From Eledone cirrhosa (Eukaryota), in the NCBI GenBank assembly GCA_964016885.1, contig OZ024762.1, forward strand, positions 11,160,001 through 11,224,000: a DNA stretch of 64,000 nucleotides. The letters run 5' to 3'. Under the pieces are notes generated by a model that saw only the letters and a program-made list of their open reading frames with translations, had not been told where the DNA came from and ran no database searches. Position 1 is the stretch's first letter, and every line of letters begins with the position of its first letter. A program made the translations under genes and the position numbers. This document shows positions 55,643 through 64,000 of this stretch, piece after piece.

Positions 55643-57058
55643 ATGTCAAAATTTACCATCTTTATATCACATTATACTTCATGTCGATGGAGATTGGGTT
55701 ACATGAGTTTTATGGCTTCACTTCTAATGCAGATCTTACGTAACGACCTCAGTATGGCCTTGGTTTGTATGTTGAAGCCAACCAATCATTCATCGGGAGA
55801 AGTCAACCTTACTGAAAACAACAAACTTTGTTCCAGCTCGGAGTATGGTCCGTTCAATAAAACATATGAAGGAGAGTTTGAATGGAGTGACACTCTACAA
55901 TCAAACATGGTGGCTGGGTATTTCTATGGATATACTGCAACTAATGTTCTTGGTGGTTTATTGGCTGATAAATATGGTGGTAAAATTATTCTAGGTGGTT
56001 CCCTTATCTCAGCGTCTATTCTGAGTCTTCTTCATCCAGTTTTAACCCGAATAAGTGGATATTTTACCCTTGTCTTAAGAATATTAACAGGTTTGGTATC
56101 AGGACCGATATTTCCGTCAATCCAGTCTTTATGGGGACGGTGGGCTCCACCACAAGAGAGTAGCCTGTTGTGTGGATTGTCTTACTCTGGTCAAATGTTT
56201 GGTAGTTTTTTAGGATTGACAATTGGTGGTTTTCTTTGTGAACATGGATTTGATAATGGATGGGGATCTATATTTTATATATTTGGAGGAACATCGTTGG
56301 TATTTAGTTGTTTATGGTTTTATATTGTTTATGATAATCCAAATCTTCATCCTTCTATCAACCAAGAAGAACTGATATATATAAAATGTTCCATTACATC
56401 TTTGAGTGAGGTAAAAAATATTCCATGGAAAGAAATACTGACTTCTTCAGCTGTCTGGGCAGTTCAGATTGCCATGTTTCCTTTCTTCTGGATTGAAACC
56501 ACAGTCCAACTGTTGCTTCCTCTCTATATGGACGATGTATTCAATGTTACACCAACACATAACGGGTTAATATCTTCAGCTCCATCCTTAGCTCAAGTCA
56601 TTGCAATACCATTGTGGGCTAGATTAGCAGACTTTTTATTTTCCGAGAATTATCTGTCTAAACGTTCAGTTCGAGTAATTTTTGAGACTGTGTGTGGCAT
56701 TGGATCTGCACCTTCACTTCTTGTGATTGGATTTCTAAACTGTAACCAAACAACTCTGACTACTGTCATGTTGTTTGCGTCCGGTGTAATTTGGTCAAGT
56801 TTCGTTGGCGGGGCTCTTGTCAACATTGTAGACATTGCTCCAAATTATTCTGGGACCATATATGGTATTGTTAATACATTTGGATCTATTGCTGGATTTT
56901 TATCTCCTTTAGTTGCTAAATTTCTCACAGCTAACGGAAGCCGATCTGAATGGCAAACCTACTTCTCATTGTCTGTTCTCATAGCCATACTTGGTTCAAT
57001 ATTTTATGCAATATTTGCAAAAGGTGAGGTACAAAAATGGGCACAACCACAAAACTGA
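55643..57058 (+). CDS. SLC17A5-like: SLC17/sialin-like MFS transporter, paralog 6 (471 aa from first ATG)
   Basis: The ORF-track start at 55619 is TTG. The first ATG, at 55643 (MSKFTIF..SCRW), aligns with the starts of the other paralogs. Confidence 0.92.
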   Translation: MSKFTIFISHYTSCRWRLGYMSFMASLLMQILRNDLSMALVCMLKPTNHSSGEVNLTENNKLCSSSEYGPFNKTYEGEFEWSDTLQSNMVAGYFYGYTATNVLGGLLADKYGGKIILGGSLISASILSLLHPVLTRISGYFTLVLRILTGLVSGPIFPSIQSLWGRWAPPQESSLLCGLSYSGQMFGSFLGLTIGGFLCEHGFDNGWGSIFYIFGGTSLVFSCLWFYIVYDNPNLHPSINQEELIYIKCSITSLSEVKNIPWKEILTSSAVWAVQIAMFPFFWIETTVQLLLPLYMDDVFNVTPTHNGLISSAPSLAQVIAIPLWARLADFLFSENYLSKRSVRVIFETVCGIGSAPSLLVIGFLNCNQTTLTTVMLFASGVIWSSFVGGALVNIVDIAPNYSGTIYGIVNTFGSIAGFLSPLVAKFLTANGSRSEWQTYFSLSVLIAILGSIFYAIFAKGEVQKWAQPQN

Positions 57059-57062
57059 TACC

Positions 57063-57249
<187 letters not shown>

Positions 57250-58604
57250 ATGTATGTATGTATGTATGTATGTATGTATGTATGTATGTATGTATGTATG
57301 TATGTATGGAGAACAGTCAGGAATTGGAGAAAAACACCATGGAAAGCATCCAGCAAATAGCTAACTCCATCCACCAGAGTATTAGAGTTACTATAGACTA
57401 CCCAAGCAAACACCCCAACCATCGATTACCTGTACTAGACACAGAGCTCTGGTTAGAAACTATTAATAACAAAAACAAATCCTCCATTCCCATTATGCCA
57501 AACCCATGACTTCCAAATATCTGATCCACCGAAACTCAGCTGTTTCGGATCACACCAAAATCAACATACTGATTGCGGATTTGGTACGGGTGATGAGAAA
57601 CGAGTCCCGCATGTGCAACCCCAAAGAACTAGAGAGACACATACAACATTTCATCCACCGTATCCAGTTCTCTGGTTACAATCAGAGAGATAAAATCAGA
57701 GTATATAGAGGAGCCAGAACCAAATAGGAAAAAATGGTAAATAATGATACAAATGGGACTTGTCCCTTGTATAGGAGCAAATTTTGGAATAAAATAGAAA
57801 GAACTAGGAATAAAGTTAATAGAATGAACTCATGGTATGATAGCAATAAATACCAGAGTGTAATATTCATCAATACAACCCCTAGAGGTGAATTAGCTTA
57901 CAAATTCAGAAGGACCCTAGATAAACATAAACTTAATATTAAGATAGTAGAAAGAACAGGTACCTCCATAAAAACACTTATTAGCAATACATACCCTCTT
58001 ACAATATGGTGTAAAATTAGATTTATTTCTGACAATGAAATCATTTTCATTTTTATTGAGTAGAAATCAATTGATGCTTCGAATGTCTACTTTAAATTCG
58101 ATGATATTTGTTGTTGGTGAGGGAGAAAAAATTGAAACTCTTAAAAGATATTATTTTTTGTCTGTCTTCAATAAATTTATGATTTCTGTGTCCAACCTTT
58201 CTGTGGTTACGTATGTGTCTGTATATATAATTAAATTTTATCAATAGAGAAAGTAAGAACGAGAGGAGAGAGACTAAAAAAAAGAATCTGAATATTTACC
58301 TGTAATATTTGATTGATATTATATATTTTATTTTTTCCGGGTCAGCTATAATTTATGGATCACCAAATAAAGAAACTTACAGTCGCCATCTGCTGATGAC
58401 AGAATAAACTCTCTTATTTTACCAAATAATCTCAGATAGACAACTAAATTATATACGAGATACACTTCCGGAACATTTCAGTATCCAATGAACATTAGAA
58501 AATATATTATCCAATCAAAATTTGAGAAATAATTTCGAAACCTATCTAACAAAGAGAAGTTCAATCGTGTGTGAGAAACATTGGATATTAAACTGCTATT
58601 AAGA

Positions 58605-60020
58605 ATGTCAAAATTTACCATCTTTATATCACATTATACTTCATGTCGATGGAGATTGGGTTACATGAGTTTTATGGCTTCACTTCTAATGCAGATCTTA
58701 CGTAACGACCTCAGTATGGCCTTGGTTTGTATGTTGAAGCCAACCAATCATTCATCGGGAGAAGTCAACCTTACTGAAAACAACAAACTTTGTTCCAGCT
58801 CGGAGTATGGTCCGTTCAATAAAACATATGAAGGAGAGTTTGAATGGAGTGACACTCTACAATCAAACATGGTGGCTGGGTATTTCTATGGATATACTGC
58901 AACTAATGTTCTTGGTGGTTTATTGGCTGATAAATATGGTGGTAAAATTATTCTAGGTGGTTCCCTTATCTCAGCGTCTATTCTGAGTCTTCTTCATCCA
59001 GTTTTAACCCGAATAAGTGGATATTTTACCCTTGTCTTAAGAATATTAACAGGTTTGGTATCAGGACCGATATTTCCGTCAATCCAGTCTTTATGGGGAC
59101 GGTGGGCTCCACCACAAGAGAGTAGCCTGTTGTGTGGATTGTCTTACTCTGGTCAAATGTTTGGTAGTTTTTTAGGATTGACAATTGGTGGTTTTCTTTG
59201 TGAACATGGATTTGATAATGGATGGGGATCTATATTTTATATATTTGGAGGAACATCGTTGGTATTTAGTTGTTTATGGTTTTATATTGTTTATGATAAT
59301 CCAAATCTTCATCCTTCTATCAACCAAGAAGAACTGATATATATAAAATGTTCCATTACATCTTTGAGTGAGGTAAAAAATATTCCATGGAAAGAAATAC
59401 TGACTTCTTCAGCTGTCTGGGCAGTTCAGATTGCCATGTTTCCTTTCTTCTGGATTGAAACCACAGTCCAACTGTTGCTTCCTCTCTATATGGACGATGT
59501 ATTCAATGTTACACCAACACATAACGGGTTAATATCTTCAGCTCCATCCTTAGCTCAAGTCATTGCAATACCATTGTGGGCTAGATTAGCAGACTTTTTA
59601 TTTTCCGAGAATTATCTGTCTAAACGTTCAGTTCGAGTAATTTTTGAGACTGTGTGTGGCATTGGATCTGCACCTTCACTTCTTGTGATTGGATTTCTAA
59701 ACTGTAACCAAACAACTCTGACTACTGTCATGTTGTTTGCGTCCGGTGTAATTTGGTCAAGTTTCGTTGGCGGGGCTCTTGTCAACATTGTAGACATTGC
59801 TCCAAATTATTCTGGGACCATATATGGTATTGTTAATACATTTGGATCTATTGCTGGATTTTTATCTCCTTTAGTTGCTAAATTTCTCACAGCTAACGGA
59901 AGCCGATCTGAATGGCAAACCTACTTCTCATTGTCTGTTCTCATAGCCATACTTGGTTCAATATTTTATGCAATATTTGCAAAAGGTGAGGTACAAAAAT
60001 GGGCACAACCACAAAACTGA
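58605..60020 (+). CDS. SLC17A5-like: SLC17/sialin-like paralog 7, identical protein to paralog 6
   Basis: Identical translation; lies within the 2,962-bp duplication. Confidence 0.85.
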   Translation: MSKFTIFISHYTSCRWRLGYMSFMASLLMQILRNDLSMALVCMLKPTNHSSGEVNLTENNKLCSSSEYGPFNKTYEGEFEWSDTLQSNMVAGYFYGYTATNVLGGLLADKYGGKIILGGSLISASILSLLHPVLTRISGYFTLVLRILTGLVSGPIFPSIQSLWGRWAPPQESSLLCGLSYSGQMFGSFLGLTIGGFLCEHGFDNGWGSIFYIFGGTSLVFSCLWFYIVYDNPNLHPSINQEELIYIKCSITSLSEVKNIPWKEILTSSAVWAVQIAMFPFFWIETTVQLLLPLYMDDVFNVTPTHNGLISSAPSLAQVIAIPLWARLADFLFSENYLSKRSVRVIFETVCGIGSAPSLLVIGFLNCNQTTLTTVMLFASGVIWSSFVGGALVNIVDIAPNYSGTIYGIVNTFGSIAGFLSPLVAKFLTANGSRSEWQTYFSLSVLIAILGSIFYAIFAKGEVQKWAQPQN

Positions 60021-60024
60021 TACC

Positions 60025-60143
<119 letters not shown>

Positions 60144-60154
60144 ATATATATATA

Positions 60155-60668
60155 GTGATTAATGTTCAGAGCCATCCTCACTATTCTCGTGTAGCACCCA
60201 TCCACCATCTGAGTAAGTTTCTTGGTCAGTGTCCAAGTCTCAGAGCCGTACAGCAGCACAGACTCCACTACAGCAATAAAGAGGCGGATCTTCAGGTCTT
60301 TACGAAGGTCCGACTTCCACACCGATCTCAAGCTGTGGCACGCCGCCCAGGCTTTGCTCTTCCTCTCAACCACATCATTTTCCGTATTCGCAATCTTTGC
60401 TCCCAAATACAGGGAGTCCTCAACCAATTCTAGCGGCTTCCCGCCTACATTAGTAATCCCCTCTGGCTTTTCAACATTCTCTACCAGATATTTTGTCTTA
60501 GTCTCATTCATTCTCAGCCCCACACTCATCGACACAGTCTCAATCTTCTGCATCAAATCCTCTGCCTCCTTCACTGTGTTTGTCACCAAAACTATGTCGT
60601 CGGCAAATTCAGCATCCGATATCTTTTTCGGCTTAACTCTCCTGCTCTGAGCCGGTGTTATCAGGTCC
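60155..60668 (-). mobile_element. RTE-related LINE RT C-terminal fragment
   Basis: [50 protein letters not shown]. Confidence 0.85.
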
Positions 60669-60742
60669 ACTATCTTCTTGAGGATGAAAAACTCAGAGCT
60701 GTATGGGAGCCTCCCAAATGTCAGCTCAAAAGTGACACTGCT

Positions 60743-60916
60743 ACATTTGGATCCATTGCTGGGTTATCAGCCCCTTTAGTTGCCAAATTTCTCACACCAA
60801 ACGGAAGCCATGCTGAATGGCAAATCTACTTCTCATTGTCTGTATTCCTGGCAGTACTTGCTGCAGTTATATATGCAATATTCGCAAAAGGCAAAGTACA
60901 AAAATGGGCACAATAA
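60743..60916 (+). pseudogene. SLC17 3' fragment (last two TM helices)
   Basis: [57 protein letters not shown]. Confidence 0.85.
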
Positions 60917-61429
60917 CAAAACAATACTGATACCTAGCAGTTGACATCTTTGAACTTTGAAATAACTTATTTTGAATAACTTTCTTAAATAATTTCAATC
61001 ACTGAGGATGTCGTAACTGGTGCAGCAAATCCTATGGTTTCATACTAGACGTTTGATGTTAATGCGTCATGGCATTTTCTATGTACCTTAATATGTCTGT
61101 GTTGAAATATATCCTGGAATCAAAAGTGAGTCAGTTGAAACCTAATAAATCCATTCATGAATAAATATGGCGCTGCTAGGCATCATAGAATTAATTCACT
61201 CCGAAGACACAAGTTTTGAAATAATGTTTCTTCAAATCCTGGATAATGGTACGTCCGATATTGCAATAATATTTCTTCAGAACACTTCCCTCTATTTTCA
61301 AAGGATCAATAGACAACGCTATGTCCAGTTTGAACTAATATTTCTTTAACCACTTCTTTCTTTTACGAAACATGTGATACGCGTGATTACGAATAAAATA
61401 TAATGAACTGAAACTGCGATATCTCTTTC

Positions 61430-61524
<95 letters not shown>

Positions 61525-61569
61525 CAAGTTAGAAAATAAGAGGAAAATATTCCTATTTTTTTCTTCAAA

Positions 61570-61662
61570 GCTCCGACTGCGCAGTTTCGCTGATCCATAT
61601 GCAACAATTCTGCATTATAGAAATGTACCATCGTTGTGAGGCAAATCAGCTTTTCAAGGAAC
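61570..61662 (-). ncRNA. Hammerhead motif with U3-A8 core
   Basis: Minus strand: gttcc-TTGAAAA-gctgat..atcagc-GAAA-ctgcgcag-TC-ggagc. All three stems pair. Confidence 0.65.
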
Positions 61663-61856
61663 ACCTATTTCTTTTATCTCACCGCATCTATATTAATATT
61701 GATTCGAAATATTGATACACACACATATATATATATAAAGAGAGAGAGAGGGGGGGGGGGATATTGACAAATTGCTGATTGATAGATACACAGATGTGAT
61801 GTGAATATAAATAGAGGCGAATAAAAAGTTTGTCATTCTGAAAAGAGTCTCCACGT

Positions 61857-61960
61857 AAGATTACTTGGAAGATACTTGAAAGTTGCAGACCTTTCCTCAA
61901 TGGTACTAAGTCATGTCGACTCTGTCTTAGTGAGAAACTTAGAATATTACAGGCTTTGTA
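61857..61960 (+). mobile_element. Penelope GIY-YIG C-terminal fragment
   Basis: KITWKILESCRPFLNGTKSCRLCLSEKLRIL, the W.I..C.LC..EK motif equivalent to the end of 51616-52296. Confidence 0.65.
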
Positions 61961-62321
61961 GTTTCCGATCAATAATTATTTGACCTCAAAGAACAGATTT
62001 TGGAGGAAGCTTTCATCTCAAAAGCCAACTGCATGCTAAGTGGAAATACTCAACAAAGTCAATAGATTTTCAACCACCCTAATTTGATTTATGTACTTTC
62101 TTAATATCTTTTCTTTCTCTTTCTTTTTCAACACTTACATGATAGAGTACACCAGTAAACTAGCGTTTCATCACACTATACTTTTAACGGCATCTTAAGA
62201 ACTCGTTTAAGCCCCTGAACATTAGGTTATAATTTTGATCTTCCTTATAATCTGGAGATATATTCGATATTGGTCCTTGAAACCTTAGGAAACTCTTTTG
62301 TTCCGTGTATGAACATAAATA

Positions 62322-62430
<109 letters not shown>

Positions 62431-62480
62431 TGTGTGTGTGCGCGTGTGTGTGCGCGTGTGTGTGTGTGCGTGTGTGTGTG

Positions 62481-63892
62481 TATGTATGTATGTTCTTCTG
62501 GTTTTATAATTTCACAAATTTTTGCCAATAGAGACAGAGTCGGTTTCTAACATAGACACAAGACTCTCTCATTGGAATTTACACAACATCAACTAGGTAG
62601 ATATGTATGCATGTCTGCATACATGCATGTGTAGATATCGATGTATTGTATGTGTGTATGTGTATGTTTTGAGTTATATGTGTGCATATGCTTAGTATCT
62701 GTACATGTACATTATTAGATGCAAAATCTTTGGAATGTTTTACATATTTTTACTGTTCCATTAATGGATTGTACTTGTAATTTCCTAACTAGTTGTATTC
62801 TTTCTGTTCCTGTGAAGCCTAGCTTCTCAAGATTTGTATTGTGGCAGTTACTAACATATCTCAGTGCCCCAATAACCACAGGCATAAATGTGAAGGTATA
62901 ATCAGGGTGGAGTATCTGCAGATTTCGTATCAGTTCTGCATAAATATTCTTCTTTTCGCTAATCTTTGATAATATATTGGCATCTGCTGGACAGCTAACT
63001 TCCACTACTGTGCATGCCTTCTTTTTCCTGTCCCATATCATAATATATGTTTATTATGCCTGCATGTTATTGGTGTTTTTACTGGAACATTCCACCAGTA
63101 CTCTTTCATATTATGTATATGTGTCTTCCACATTGCTGTAGCTTTTAATGTGTTTATTATCGGGGCTATCTTTTCTACGGATTGCATTGTACAATGTTTT
63201 GGCCACTACATCATGCCTCACAGGTAGATAGTACCGCGATGTCATCTTTGGACAGCTGCCTATGACATATTCGATGTTAATTCTTCAGAGTCTGCACTTG
63301 TTATCACATCTAGGTGTTTTGCCTATCTCTTTTGTGAATCAGGTATTTCGTGTTGATTTCCTGTTCTTGGATTGCAAAAGCGTATCCTTCAAAGTGGGAG
63401 CCAATATAGCGGTTGTTGGTCCAAGATAGACTGCTTTCTTTATCTATATTATTCTCACTCTGGAGCTTCCTGGCAACATATCCATGCATGAATTTTTGCT
63501 GATAAGCATGCAGTTTTTCATCCATGAATTCACTGCGATACTGCTGAGCAGCTTCCCTGGGTGTGAGTTTTGATTATCACACAGGGAATACCTCTCGAGA
63601 AGTTCCTTCCCAGCTCTCATGATCTTATCTGTTTCATGCAGGTAGACTTGCTCCAGAGACGGGCTCTTACGCTTTGATGTTCGTAGATGTTGTCGGAAGG
63701 ATATGATGCGTCATTCAAATGCTGTCTGGACTGATGTTAGGCCTCTGCCTCCCTGCTTACGTTTCAAGTAAAGGTGGTCTATGTCACTGTTGATGTGGAA
63801 GTTTCCGGTGTTGTTTAGTATTTTTCGCGTTCTAACATCAATCGCTCGGATTTCGTCTATCGTCCTATTGAGTATTCCAAAAGTTGGTGTTA
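62481..63892 (-). mobile_element. 5'-truncated, decayed R4/Dong-like non-LTR retrotransposon (RT thumb, CCHC knuckle, restriction-like endonuclease, 3'UTR)
   Basis: IDVRTRKIL..LYLKRKQGGRGL; EGYAFAIQEQEINT; CRL*..IGSCPK..YLPVRHD; IWDRKKKACTVVEVSCP..PVVIGAL. Flanked on both sides by (CATA)n/(TATG)n. Confidence 0.8.
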
Positions 63893-64000
63893 TGTATGTA
63901 TGCATGAATATATGTATGTATGTATGAATGTATGTTGGTGAAGTTCTTTTAAAGTTATATTGTTGTAAAAACACTATAGATATTTTCAATGGACAGGTTA

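Overview
Eukaryotic, AT- and microsatellite-rich genomic DNA, most likely from an octopus (inferred from the SINE types, the repeat landscape and the sialin expansion). The coding content is a tandem cluster of SLC17/sialin-like MFS transporter genes, each with an uninterrupted coding sequence. There are six intact ORFs, two of them in an apparently identical 2,962-bp duplication, plus one copy frameshifted in a poly-T run and three 3'-end fragments. All paralogs lack the two TM4 glutamates of human sialin, carry a new TM1 aspartate, and differ mainly in pocket-lining helices. The intergenic DNA holds about 25 hammerhead-ribozyme-like motifs from roughly ten unrelated repeat families. Many sit in asymmetric palindromes inserted in (TA)n tracts and resemble Penelope-like element pseudo-LTRs; three families share a compensatory U3-A8 core. 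Also present are Penelope RT and GIY-YIG fragments, an R4/Dong-like LINE in a (CATA)n tract, RTE and CR1 fragments, a mariner remnant, a Helitron end, a hAT MITE and tandem SINE arrays. Everything was read by eye; no searches or folding programs were run.
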